DNA from: Malacoraja senta
Taxonomy: Eukaryota
Assembly: GCA_038087875.1 (NCBI GenBank)
Contig: JAXLNO010004250.1
Span: forward strand, 124,001 to 188,000
Direction of reading: 5' to 3'
Length of the DNA: 64,000 bases
A program made the position numbers and the translations under genes. Every line of letters starts with the position of its first letter. The stretch's first letter is position 1. Below the pieces are notes generated by a model. It ran no database searches, had not been told where the DNA came from, and saw only the letters and a list, made by a program, of their open reading frames with translations. Of the stretch, positions 36,470-49,928 are shown piece by piece.

Positions 36470-39095
36470 TCACTTATCATGGGTGACTTTAATCTACATA
36501 TATTTTGGGCCAACTAAATTGGTAACAACATGAGGAGGAGGATTTCACGGAGTGTATACGGGATGGTTTTCTAAACCAAAATGTAGAGGAACCAACTAGA
36601 GGGCAGGCCATCCTAGACTGGGTATTGTGTAATGAGGAAGGATTAGTTAGTGATCTTGTTGTACAAAGCCCCTTGGGAACAGTGACCATAATATGCTGGA
36701 ATTCTGCATTAGGATGGAGAGTGACAAGTTAATTCAGAGACTAGCGTCCTGAACTTCAAGAAAGAGACTTTGATGGCAGGAGATGGGAATTGGCTGGGAT
36801 AGACTGGCAAATGATACTTAAAGGGTTGACTGTGGAGATGCAATGGCAAGATTTAAGGATCGCATGGATGAACTACAAAAAATGTTCATCCCTGTCTGGC
36901 GAAAAAATAAAATGGGGCAGGTGACTCTTCCGTAGCTAACGAGGGAAATTAAGGATAGTGTTAAACCCAAGGAAGTACCATATAAATTGGCCAGAGCAAG
37001 CAGCAAACTGGTGGACTGGGAGGCATTTAGAATTCAACAGAGGAGGACAAAGAGGTTAATTAAAGGGGGAAAATGGGGCATGGAAAAAAAAAACTTGCAG
37101 AGAATATAAAAACTGACTAAACGCTTCTTTAGATACGTGAAGAGGAAAAGATTAGTGAACATAAATGTAGGTCCCTTCCAGTCAGAATGGTGAATTTATA
37201 ATGGGAAACAAGGAAATGGCAGAACAGTTAAACAAGTACTTTGGTTCTGTCTTCACTAAGGAAGACACAAACAATCTCCCAGAAATACTAGGGGACCGAG
37301 GATCTAGTGGGAGGGAGGAACTGAAGGGAATCCACATTATTCAGGAAATGGTATTAGGTAAACTGTTGGGACTGAAGGCAGATAAATCCCCAGGGCAGGA
37401 TGGTCTGCATCCCAGAGTACTCAAGGATATGGCCTTAGAAATCGTGAATACATTGGTGATCATTTTCCAATGTTCTCTCGACTCTGAATCAGTTCCTGTG
37501 GACTGGAGGGTAGCCAATGTAACTCCACTTTTTAAGAAAGGGGGGAGAGAGAGAAAAGGGGGAATTACAGACCAGTTAGCCTTATATCAGTAGTGGGGAA
37601 GATGCTGGTCGATTATTAAAGATGTTATAGCAGCACATTTGGAAAGCAGCGATGGTATTGGTCAAAATCAGCATGGATTTATGAAGGGGAAATCATGCTT
37701 GACTAATGTTCTGGAATTTTTTGAGGATGTGACAAGTAGAATGGATAAAGGAGAGCGAATGGATGTGGTGTATCTGGACTTTCAAGCAGCCTTTGACAAG
37801 GTCCCACAAAAGAGATTAGTGTGCAAAATTAGAGCACATGGTATTGGGGAGAGATTAGTGTGCAAAATTAGAGCACATGGTATTGGGGAGCAGGTATTGA
37901 CATGGATAGAGAACTGGTTGGCCGACAGGAAGCACAGAGTAGGAATTAACGGGTCCTTTTCAGAAGGCAGACAGACTAGTGATGTGGTCTGGAAGGCAGA
38001 TTATCTAAATATTGTCAGATTAGGAAAAGAGGAGGTGCAATGAGATCTGGGTGTCTTTGTACATCAGTCACTGAAAGTAAGCATGCAGGCACAGCAGGCA
38101 TGTTGGCCTTCATTCCGAGAAGATTTGATTTTTTTAATTTTACTTTAGTTAAGAGATAAAACAGGCCCTTTGGCCCACCGAGTCCGTACATTAACACTAT
38201 CCTACACACACTAGGGACAATTTTGACATTTACCAAGTCAATTAAACTACATACCTGTACGCCATTGGGGTGTCGGAGGAAACCGAAGATCTCGGAGAAA
38301 ACCCACGCGGTCACGGGGAGAACGTACAAACTCCATGCAGACAGAACCCGTAGTCGGGATCGAACCCGGGTCTCTGGCGCATCAAGCGATGTAAGGCAGC
38401 AACTCTACCGCTGCGCCACCGTGGCTGCTCTGGCGTTTAGGAGGTCCGACTGAAGTTGTACAGGGCACTGGTGAGACCACACCAGGAGTATTGTGTGCAG
38501 TTTTGGTCGCCTACTTTGAGGAAGAACATTCTTGCTGTTGAGGGAGTGCAGCGTAGGTTCACCAGGTTAATTCCCGGGATGGCGGGACTGTCATATGCTG
38601 AGAGAATGGAACGGCTGGGCTTGTATACTCTGGAGTTTAGAAGGATGAGAGGGGATTGTATAGAAACATTTAAAATTCTTAAAGGACTGGCCAGGCTAGA
38701 TGCAGGAAAAATGTTCCCGATGTTCATGATTCTTGGTTTCCTGGTCCTCCAAAATATTCCAAATGGAATTTAAACTGGTGGTGGGCAAGTCCAGAACCAG
38801 GGGTTACACAGTTTAAGAATAAGGGGTAGGCCATTTAGGATTGAGAGGAGGAAAAACATTTTCATCCAGAGAGTTGTGAATCTGTGGAATTCTCTGCCCC
38901 AGAAGGCAGTGAAGGCCAATTCACTGGATGTTTTCATGAGAGAGTTAGATTTAGCTCTTAGGGCTAACGGAATCAAGGGATATGAGGTGAAAACTGGAAC
39001 AGGGTACTGATTCTGGATGATCAGCCATGATCATATTGAACGGCCGTGCTGGCTCGAATGGCCAACTCCTGCACCTATTGTCTATGTTTCTATGA
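36470..39095 (+). mobile_element. Older degenerate CR1 ORF2, interrupted by a SINE
   Basis: ORFs 37201-37593, 37639-38043 and 38456-38773, with many indels. Confidence 0.9.
38160..38425 (-). mobile_element. tRNA-derived SINE (HE1-like)
   Basis: Reverse complement shows A box gtggcgcagcggtag, B box gggttcgatcc and a CR1-like tail. Confidence 0.9.
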
Positions 39096-39950
39096 TTAGC
39101 CTACAGACCCTTCCTGCCTACAGACAGGAAGTGTCACAGCTGGCTTCCTGGTGCCATCGCAACAACCTAGAGCTCAATGTTCTTAAGACAGTGGAATTGA
39201 TTGTAGACTTTAGGAGAGCTCCCCCTCCCCTCACCCCACTCACCATCAACAACACCACAGTCACATCTGTGGAGTCTTAAGTTCCTGTGAACCATCATCT
39301 CCAAGGACCTTCAGTGGGGGGCTATCATCGACTCCACAGTCAAAAAGGCACAACAGACGATGTACTTCCTATGGCAGCTGAGGAAGCACAATCTGCCACA
39401 GGCAATGATGGTCCAAGTCTACACGGCCATCGAAGAGTCTGTTCTCACCTTCTCCATCATGGTCTGGTTTGGCTCAGCCACCAAGCACGACATCCGGAGG
39501 CTGCAGCGAATCGTCCGATCAGCTGAGAAGGTTGTTGGCTGCAACCATCCCGCCATTGATGAACTGTACATTGCAAGGGCCAGGAAGCGAGCGGGCAAGA
39601 TCATCTCTGACCCCTCTCACCCTGGCCACAAACTCTTTGAATCACTTCCCTCCGGAAGGTGACTCCGGACTGTCAAAGCTGCCACAGCCAGACATAAAAA
39701 CTGTTTTTATCCACGAGTAGTTGCTCTACTCAACAGCCAAATATCTGTAGCCTCCCTTTGATCTGGTATTTTGTTGGTTCGCATGCTTGATCAATGGTGT
39801 TTTATCATTAATGTTTTATGCTATATTATTAATGTTTAGTGTTTTCTGAGTCATTCGTAACTGTCACTATGTCATGTTGTTACTTGTGGGCGGAGCACCA
39901 AGGCAAATTCCTTGTATGTGAATACTTGGCCAATATACTTACTTACGTAG
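39095..39950 (+). mobile_element. Rex1/Babar-type 3' fragment
   Basis: Reads AYRQEVSQLASWCHRNNLELNVLKTVELIVDFRR...HPGHKLFESLPSGR. Confidence 0.9.
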
Positions 39951-40167
39951 ATTCCTAACTTACTGAACAACAAACATCTTGAACCCTGCACAGTTGCTGT
40001 GCTAAAAATCTGAGTTCAGCAAAAAGCATTTGGGTCAGAGAAGGGAACAAGTGTCTGTGTGCGTATGTGTGTGAATGAGTGTGTATGTGTGTGAATGAGT
40101 GTGTGTGTGTGTGCGTATGTGTGTGAATGAGTGTGTGTGTGTGTGTGTGTGTATGTATGTGTGTTTG

Positions 40168-43100
40168 AATTCAGAACTGCTGTAGATTTGGGAGCAACAG
40201 CAGCAGGAGATTAGCAAGAGATACGACTGATTGGCTCTAGCCCGAGTGGGAGGAGAGAAGTGAGTCAGAGGGGGGAAAAACAGTTGAAAAGTAGAAGCCA
40301 AGCACAGGCAGACTTTATTCAGAACTGCTGTAGATTTGGGAGCAACAGCAGCAGGAGATTAGCAAGAGATACGACTGATTGGCTCTAGCCCGAGTGGGAG
40401 GAGAGAAGTGAGTCAGTGCCGGGAAAACAGTTGAAAACTGAGGAATTTTGTTTGTAAATTGGTAAATCAGGCAATTTATCCGTCAATTTAAGCAAGACGG
40501 CTCTTAGCGAGCGGCAGTGAGTGAAGTGCCCTGTGAGAAAAGTGTGAGTCTTTGGCTCGAGAGTCTTCGGCGAGGAGACCACGCAATACGCTTGAGAGGT
40601 AGAGACGAAAGAAGGAGATGTCAGGCAAGCTGATTCAGTGCGATGCTTGCAGTATGTGGGAGGTCAAGGACACCGCTGGTGCCTCTGGCTGCTACAAATG
40701 CGAGAAGTGCATCCAGGTAGAGCTCCTGAAGGGCCGTGTTGGGGAACTGGAGAAGCAAGTGGATGACCTCCGGTTCGTCCGAGAAACGGAGTCGTTCCTC
40801 GACAAGTCCTACAGTACGATTGTTACACCTAAGGTACTGGAAGAGAGAAGGTGGGAGACGGTGAGAAAGGGAGGGAAGCATGGAATGCCAACGTCACCGG
40901 GTGTTGTACCTCTTGTGAACAAGTTCACCCACTTAGAAGCTGTCGGGACAGAAGACGTGTTTACACTGAGCGGCGGACTGGCTTGCGATGCGAATAGGGC
41001 TGTTGAGCCAAAACCAAAAAGGCCTAAGGCAGGCAACGCCATTGTAGTGGGAGACTCCATTGTGAGAGGTACGGACAGGGGTTTTCTGTGGCAACAGACG
41101 GGATGCGAGGATGGTGTGCTGCCTTCCTGGTGCCAGGATCCAGGATGTCACGGACAGAGTGCAGAAAATCCTCAAGGGCGAAGGTGAACATCCGGAAGTG
41201 GTAGTGCATGTCGGCACAAACGATGTCGGAAAGAAGGGGATGAATATTCTGCAGCGTGACTTTAGAGAGCTCGGAAAAATGCTGAAAAGCAGGACCTCCA
41301 GGGTTGTTATCTCCGGTTTGCTTTTCCTCGTGCTGGCGAGAGCAGGAACAGGGAGATACGGGACCTGAACGTGTGGCTCAGGAACTGGTGCACGGGCAGG
41401 GATTTAGATTCTTAGATCACTGGGATCTGTTTTGGGGTAAGGGGGAACTGTACAAAAGGACGGATTGCATCTTAACAGGTGTGGGACCAGCATTCTGGCA
41501 GGCAGGTTTGCCACTGCTACACGGGTGGTTTTAAACTGAATAAGGGGGGTGAGGTGTCGAATGGGATAGTGGAGGATGGAGTTAAAGGGAAAGGGTTTCT
41601 TAAATGTGTGAGCGTAGAGACAGAGGAGTGTAAAATGAGGGTAGAAGCAATAGGTAGCAAGGTGAAAAGTAAAAGTGGAAGACAGACAAAACCAGGGCAA
41701 AAATCAAAAAGGGCCACTTTTCAACATAATTGTATAAGGGGTAAGAGTGTTGTAAAAAACAAGCCTGAAGGCTTTGTGTCTCAATGCAAGGAGCATTCGT
41801 AATAAGGTGGATGAGTTGAATGTGCAGATAGCTATTAATGACTATGATATAGTTGGGATCACGGAGACATGGCTCCAAGGGTGACCAAGGCTGGGAGGCT
41901 GAACATCCAGGATATTCAATATTCAGGAGGGATAGAGAGAAAGGAAAAGGAGGTGGGATAGCATTGATGATTAGAGAGGAGATTAACGCAATGGAAAGGA
42001 AGGACATTAGGTTTGAGGATGTGGAATCGGTATGGGTAGAGCTGCGAGAAACACTAAGGGGCAGAAAACGCTGGTGGGTGTTGTGTACAGGCCACCTAAC
42101 AGTAGTAGTGAAGTTGGAGATGGTATCAAACAGGAAATTAGAAATGCGTGCGACAAAGGCAAAACAGTTATAATGGGTGACTTCAATCTACATATAGATT
42201 GGGTGAATCAAATTGGCAGGGGTGCTGAGGAAGAGGATTTCTTGGAATGTATGCGGGATAGTTATCTAAATCAACATGTAGAGGAACCAACGAGAGAGCA
42301 GGCTATTTTAGACTGGGTATTGAGTAATGAGGAAGGGTTAGTTAGCAGTCTTGTTGTACGTGCCCCTTGGGCAAGAGTGACCATAATATGGTTGAGTTCT
42401 TCATTAGGATGGAGAGTGACATTGTTAATTCAGAAACAATGGTTCTGAACTTAAAGAAAGGTAACTTTGACGGTATGAGACATGAATTGGCCATGATTGA
42501 CTGGCAATTAATTCTAAAAGGGTTGACGGTGGACATGCAATGGAAGACATTTAAAGACTGCATGGATGAACTACAAAATTGTTCATCCAGTTTGGCAAAA
42601 GAATAAATCAGGGAAGGTAGTGCATCCGTGGATAACAAGGGAAATCAGGGATGGTATCAAAGCGAAAGATGATGCGTACAAATTAGCCAGAAAAAGCAGC
42701 ATACCAGAGGACTGGGAGAAATTCAGAGACCAGCAGAGGAGGACAAAGGGCTTAATTAGGAAAGGAAAAATAGATTATGAAAGAAAACTGGCAGGGAACA
42801 TAAAAACTGACTGCAAAAGTTTTTATAAATATGTAAAAAGAAAGAGATTAGTTAAAACAAATGTAGGTCCCTTGCAGTCAGAAACAGGTGAGTTGATCAT
42901 GGGGAACAAGGATATGGCGGACCAATTGAATAACTACTTTGGTTCCGTCTTCACTAAGGAAGACATAAATAATCTGCCGGAAATAGCAGGGGGCCGCGGG
43001 TCAAAGGAGATGGAGGAATTGAGTGAAATCCAGGTTAGTCGGAAGTGGTTTTGGGTAAATTGAATGGATTAAAGGCCGATAAATCACCAGGGCCAGATAG

Positions 43101-44655
43101 GCTGCATCCCAGAGTACTTAAGGAAGTAGCTCCAGAAATAGTGGATGCATTAGTGCTAATTTTTCAAACTCTTTAGATTCTGGAGTAGTTCCTGAGGATT
43201 GGAGGGTAGCAAACGTAACCCAACTTTTTAAGAAGGGAGGGAGAGAGAAAACGGGGAATTACAGACAGTTAGTCTAACATCGGTAGTGGGAAACTGCTAG
43301 AGTCAGTTATTAAAGATGGGATAGCAGCACATTTGGAAAGTGGTGAAATCATTGGACAAAGTCAGCATGGATTTACGAAAGGTAAATCATGTCTGACGAA
43401 TCTTATAGAATTTTTCGAGATGTAACTAGTAGAGTGGATAGGGGAGAACAGTGGATGTGTGTATCTGGACTTTCAGAAGGCTTTCGACAAGGTCCCACAT
43501 AAGAGATTAGTATACAAACTTAAAGCACATGGCATTGGGGGTTCAGTATTGATGTGGATAGAGAACTGGCTGGCAAACAGGAAGCAAAGAGTAGGAGTAA
43601 ACGGGTCCTTTTCACAATGGCAGGCAGTGACTAGTGGGGTACCGCAAGGCTCAGTGCTGGGACCCCAGCTATTTACAATATATATTAATGACCTGGATGA
43701 GGGAATTGAAGGCAATATCTCCCAAGTTTGCGGATGACACTAAGCTGGGGGGCAGTGTTAGGTGTGAGGAGGATGCTAGGAGACTGCAAGGTGACTTGGA
43801 TAGGCTGGGTGAGTGGGCAAATGTTTGGCAGATGCAGTATAATGTGGATAAATGTGAGGTTATCCATTTTGGTGGCAAAAACAGAAAGCAGACTATTTTC
43901 TAAATGGTGGCCGACTAGGAAAAGGGGAGATGCAGCGAGACCTGGGTGTCATGGTACACCAGTCATTGAAAGTAGGCATGCAGGTGCAGCAGGCAGTGAA
44001 GAAAGCGAATGGTATGTTAGCTTTCATAGCAAAAGGATTTGAGTATAGGAGCAGGGAGGTTCTACTGCAGTTGTACAGGGTCTTGGTGAGACCACACACC
44101 TGGAGTATTGCGTACAGTTTGGTCTCCAAATTTGAGGAAGGACATTATTGCCATAGAGGGAGTGCAGAGAAGGTTCACCAGACTGATTCCTGGGATGTCA
44201 GGACTGTCTTATGAAGAAAGACTGGATAGACTTTGTTTATACTCTCTAGAATTTAGGAGATTGAGAGGATCTTATAGAAACTTACAAAATTCTTAAGGGT
44301 TGGACAGGCTAGATGCAGGAAGATTGCTCCCGATGTTGGGGAAGTCCAGGACCAAGGGGTCACAGCTTAAGGATAAGGGGAAATCCTTTAAAACCGAGAT
44401 GAGAAGAACTTTTTCACACAGAGTGGTGAATCTCTGGAACTCTCTGCCACAGAGGGTAGTCGAGGCCAGTTCATTGGCTATATTTAAGAGGGAGCTAGAT
44501 GTGGCCCTTGTGGCTAAAGGGATCAGAGGGTATGGAGTGAAGGCAGGTACGGGATACTGAGTTGGATGATCAGCCATGATCATATTGAATGGCGGTGCAG
44601 GCTCGAAGGGCCGAATGGCCTACTCCTGCACCTAATTTCTATGTTTCTATGTTTC
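40168..44655 (+). mobile_element. Near full-length CR1 LINE: 5' UTR, ORF1 (Zn finger, coiled coil, SGNH esterase), ORF2, 3' UTR
   Basis: ORF1 from 40618 has CDAC..CEKC, GDSIVRG, HVGTND and G.HLN. ORF2 runs from about 41760 to 44560 and is broken by many 1-bp indels. Confidence 0.95.
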
Positions 44656-45152
44656 TATGATTGAGTGAGTGTGCATATGTGTGTGTGTGTATGTATGTGT
44701 ATACATGTGTGTATATGTGTGTGAATATATGCGTGTGAGTGTGTATATGTATGTAGGTACAAACACACACACATATGTAAAGTATTTTGCTGCACCCCTT
44801 CCCCTGTCTCTTTCTACGGAGGGAGCAGAGGGAAACATGAGAATGAAGAAGTGTCCAGACCCTAGATGTGTTCTGTCATTTCCTTACACATGTGTTGCCT
44901 GACCCGCGGACTTCCTCCAGCTGTTTGTTTTTATTTCTCACCGTTCACCCACTTCCAGCCCAATTAGGAAACTCCGGGAAACATGTTTTTGTCCATGGGA
45001 TGTTGGCGGCGGGAAAACGCCGGGATATCGTCCAGTTGTGCGCCCGCTGTGCCTGAGCCGAGCGGCCTCTCTCCCGGTCCCGGGTCCGCGCTGCCCGAGT
45101 CTCCCCCCGACCCCCGGGGACTGACTCTCTGATTCTCTGCTTCTCCCCCCAG

Positions 45153-45658
45153 TCTCCGTCACCCTGGATGTGGAAACAGCGCATGCGCGGCTCGAGGTGT
45201 CTGAGGATCGGAAGAGGGTGAGTCGGACCGAGACCTGGAGGAGTCTCCCTTACACCAGAAGAGGTTTACAGCTGGCCGTGTGTGCTGGGATCGAGGGATT
45301 CACATCGGGGAGACATTACTGGGAGGTGGAGGTGGCGGGGAGTCGGTTTTGGAGTCTGGGTCGCCGCAGAGTCTGTGGAGAAGGAGAGATGGGTCGCACT
45401 GACCCCGGAGACTGGAGTCTGGAGCATCAGGCGGTTGGTTGACAAGTTTGTTGCAGTCACCTCCCATCCCATCCCCAGGAGGGTGGGAGTTTATCTCAGT
45501 TACGAGTCTGGGGTCAGTTTCATTTTACGACGCGGACACCAAGTCCCATCTCTACACTTCACTGGGAATAAATTCACGGAGAAACTTATCCTTTCTTCTG
45601 GTCTTGGCATACCAACGAGTGGCTGACAATCTGCTCCGGTTCTGTTCTGGGTGAGTAA
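45153..45658 (+). CDS. B30.2 (PRY/SPRY) terminal exon, frameshifted as assembled
   Basis: ctccccccag| VSVTLDVETAHARLEVSEDRKRV...GFTSGRHYWEVEV...W.LG/VAAESV...GVWSI...RVGVYLSYESG/VSFYDADTKSHL..TGNKFTEKL/PFFW. Phase matches the preceding mini-exon. Confidence 0.85.
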
Positions 45659-45789
45659 AAGATAAGCAAACTCGGGTCTTTGGGGGGTGGGGGGGGGGGG
45701 GACACAGCACCCACATGAAACCCCACAGACTCACAGGGAGTATGTGCACCCCACAAGTCTCCAGGTAGGTCTTAAGGTCGCATGGTCAT

Positions 45790-47400
45790 AGGTGATAGAG
45801 CAGAATTAGGCCATTCGGCCTAACAATCTACGCCGCCATTCAATCATGGCTGACCTATCTCTCCCCATTCCCCTGCCTTCTCCACTAAACCCCCTGATAC
45901 CTGTACTAATCAAGAATCTATCTATCTCTGCCTTAGAAATATCCATTCACCTCGCCTCCATACAGCCATCTGTGGCAATAATTCCACAGATTCACTACCC
46001 TCTGACTAAAGAAATTCCTCTCATCTCCTTCGTCCTTTAATTCTGAGGCTATGACCTCTAGTCCTCGACTCTCCCACTAGTGGAGACATCCTCTCCACTT
46101 TATCCAAAGCTTTTGCTATTCTGTAAGCTTCAATGAGGTCCCCGCTCATTCATCTAAACTCCAGCGAGTACAAGCCCAGTGCTGCCAAATGCTCATCGTA
46201 TGTTAAACCACTCATTCCTGGATCATTCTTGTTAATTCATCTGGACCATCCCCGGAGCCAGTACGTCCTTCCTCAGATATGGTGCCCAAAATTGCTCACA
46301 ATACTCCAAATGCAGCCCGACCAGCGCCTTATAGATCCTCAGCATTTTTGTATTCTAGCCCTCTTGAAATAAATGCTAGCATTGTGTTTGTTTTCTTTAC
46401 TACGGATTGGATTTGCAGAGTAACTTTCAGGGAATCCTGCACCAGCATTCCCAAATCACTTTGCAACTCTGATTTCTGGATTCTCTCCCCATTTGGAAAA
46501 TAGTCTATGCCTTTATTCCAACCACCAAAATGCACGACTCCACACTTTTCTACACTATATTCCATTTGCGACTTCTCTGCCCACTCTCCCAACCTGTCCA
46601 AGTCCTCTGCAGAGTCCCTGCTTTCTCTTCACTTCCTGCCCCTCCACCTATTTTCGTATCATCCGCAAACTTGGCCACAAAGCCTTCTGTCCCCTCATCC
46701 AATTCAGTAATACACAACGTGAAGAGTAGAGGCCCCAGTACCGACCCCCACAGAACTCCGCTAGTCACTGGCAGCCAACCAGAAATAACCCCTTTTATTG
46801 CCACTCTTTGCCTTCCGCCATCCAGCCAACCTGCTATCCATGCTGGTATCTGCCCTTTGATACCATGGACTCTCATCTTCCTGAGCAGCCTCACGTGTGG
46901 CACCTTATCTAAGGCTTTCTGAAAATCTAGTTAAACAACATCCACTAACTCTCCTTTGTCTGTCCTGCTGTTTACTTCTGCAAATAATTCCTGCAGATTC
47001 ATCAGGCAAGACCTCCTCTTCACAAAACCATGCTGACTTTGACCTATTTTATCATGGACCAAGTTCTCCGTAAACTCAGCCTTTATAATGGACTCTAAAT
47101 TCTTACCAACCATCGAAGTCAGACTAACCAGCCTATAGTTCCCAATATTCTGCTTCGGTCAGCGGGTAATATTGGCAAATTTCCAATCGTCTGGAACTAC
47201 TCCTGACTAGTGATTCTTGAAATATCACAGATGCTATGTATCTATCTATGTATTAATGCCTCCACAATCTCTAAAGCCACCTCTTTCAGAACCCTGGGGT
47301 GCAGTCCATCCGGTCCAGGTGACGGATCCACCTTTAGCCCTTTCAGCTTCCCAAGCAGCTTCTCCTTAGTAATAGCCACTCCACCAACTTCCACCCCTGA
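45790..47400 (-). mobile_element. Degenerate CR1 RT and 3' end
   Basis: ORFs 46329-46601, 46550-46903 (FADD) and 46931-47113. Confidence 0.9.
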
Positions 47401-47698
47401 CTCTCTTGTATTTCAGACACGTTGCTGGTGTCTTCCACTGTGAAGACTGTTGCAAAAAAAATAGTAATCTGCCTTTTCTATATTTCCCATTATCACTTCT
47501 CGTGCAACATCACCCCCCCCCCCTCCACACATACACACACACGCACTCGCTCACACATCCCCACACACCCACACACATACACACACACGCACGCACTCAC
47601 TCGCTCATACACCCACACCCACACACACTTTAGTTTACTCTATCTGCAGCCCTAGTTATATCGACTGAAGAAGGGTCTCGACCTATAAGGTTTACCAG

Positions 47699-47810
47699 GA
47701 GTCTGGTCCCAGCCGGGTTCAGGTGGAGTCTGGTCCCAGCCGGGTTCAAGTGGAGTCTTGTCCCAGCCGGTTCAGGTGGAGTCTGGTCCCATCCGGGTTC
47801 AAGTGGAGTC
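47699..47810. repeat. 27-bp minisatellite x4
   Basis: Unit gtctggtcccagccgggttcaggtgga. Confidence 0.9.
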
Positions 47811-48279
47811 CGTCCCGTCGGAACAGTTCCCTCCTTCCCAATACTAGGGCCAATGTCCCACAGATTCAAATCCACATCTTCCACATCAGTCTTTGATCCA
47901 CACGTTCAACTCTCTAATCCTCAACTCTATGACAATTTGCTCTCAGCTCAAGTAGTAATCCAGAGATTATTACCTTCTTGGTTCTGCTGTACAATTTGGT
48001 ATCTAGCTGTTCAAATTCAGGATTGAACCCATGTCCCTGGAGCTGTGAAGAGCTGCGTCACTGTGCCCCCCTCTCTTTGTTCCTTCCTCCCCGCTGTCAT
48101 TATTTTATTTCCAATTTTAGTCGCAGTGTAAATGTGAAATATTTCTGTTTTGTGCAGGATACGAGGATGTGAAACGATATTATGGTAAGTACAGGCTGAT
48201 GTACAATTCAATAAACTATCTGGTGTGTGTTATGTCGGCTAAAGCGCAGATCATGAATGGTTCAATATAACGTGGAACA

Positions 48280-49100
48280 GTAAAGGCCCACAAATGTCTG
48301 TGCAGAACATGGTGCGAAGACCAGCTCTTATCTGCCTGCACATAATCCATATCCTCCAGTCCCTGTATATCCAGGTGTCTATCTAAAATGCCACTATCGT
48401 ATCTGCCTCCACCACCACCCCGGCAGCACATCCCAGGTACTCCCCACACTGTGAAAACAACTTGCCCCGCACAAATCCTTTAACCTTTGCCCCCTCTCAC
48501 CTTAAAGCTATGTCCTCGAGTATTTGATTATTTTCACCCTGGGAAACAGGTTCTGACTGTCCACCCGTTCTATGCCTGTCATAATGCTATACACTTCTGC
48601 CTCAACTACCTCTTCTGACAGCTCGTTCCATAATCCCATCACCCTTTGTGTAAAGAGTTCCCTCTCAGGTTCCTATTGAATCTACCCCCACCCCACCCCC
48701 CCCCCCCCTCCCCTTACTTTAAACCTATGGTTGTTGATTCCCCTACTCTGGGGACGAGACTCTGTGCGTTTACCCGATCTATTCCTCTCACAATATTGTA
48801 CACCTCTATACGATCACCCCTCATGCTCCTGCGCTACGAGGGATAAAGTCCTAGCCTGCTCACCCTCTTTTCTATATCTCAGGCCCTCGAGTCCTGGTAA
48901 CATTCTAGTGAATCATAATATCTGTACCCTTTACAGCTTGACAACATATTTCCTATAACATGGTGCCCAGAACTGAACACAACACTCCAAATATGGCATC
49001 ACCAACGTGTTATATATCCGCAACGTGACCTCCCAACTTCTATACTCAATACTGTGACTGATGAAGGCCAATGTGCTGAAACACTTTATGAACACACTAT
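48280..49100 (-). mobile_element. Degenerate CR1 3' fragments
   Basis: Reads YRSWEVTLRIYNTLVMPYLECCVQFWAPCYRK, with 3'-end motifs. Confidence 0.8.
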
Positions 49101-49224
49101 CTACTCGCCACACCTTCAATTCTTATCAGATCCATCATTCTCATCCCTTTGTCTTCAGCTCATCACCTCCAGCCTCGGTTCCTGTCTCCACCCTTCTCTC
49201 CCCCACTTGGTCATTCTACAAATC

Positions 49225-49675
49225 ACCCCCCACCTCACCCGAACCCACCTGTCTTGCTCCACCACCTCCTCTCACCTGAACCCACCTGTCTTGCTCCACC
49301 CCCCCACACCTGAACCCACCTGTGTTACTCCACCACCCCCCTCACCTGAACCCACCTGTTTTACTCCACCACCTCCCCTCACCTGAACCCACCTGTGTTA
49401 CTCCACCACCTCCCCTCACCTGAACCCACCCGTCTTGTTCCACCACCTCACCTGAACCCACCTGTGTTACTCCACCACCTCCCCTCACCTGAACCCACCT
49501 GTCTTGCTCCACCACCTCCTCTCACCTGAACCCACCTGTCTTGCTCCACCCCCCCCCTCACCTGAACCCACCTGCCCTGCTCCACCACCTCCCCTCACCT
49601 GAACCCACCTGTCTTGCTCCACGACCTCCCCTCACCTGAACCCACCTGTCCTGCTCCACCACCTCCCCTCACCTC
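49225..49675. repeat. Minisatellite of about 37 bp, about 12 units
   Basis: Unit ctcacctgaacccacctgtcttgctccaccacctccc. Confidence 0.95.
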
Positions 49676-49883
49676 TACACAGATGCTGCTCTGCCCAATT
49701 TATACACGCACTGAGAGAGAATTACGCGCTTTGCCCGGTAAATATATGTATGTGTGTGTGTATGTACACACAGCTACTCACTGACACACCTCCAGACAAG
49801 CACACTCACACACACACACACACGCACTCTCATACAAACACATACTTTCACCCACACACTAAACACACACTCGTACTAACATA

Positions 49884-49928
<45 letters not shown>

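Noticed and set aside
37815-37890. Small tandem duplications in or next to elements (also 2237-2284, 5484-5528 and 15729-15770)
   Set aside because: Ordinary slippage or junction duplications with no further structure.
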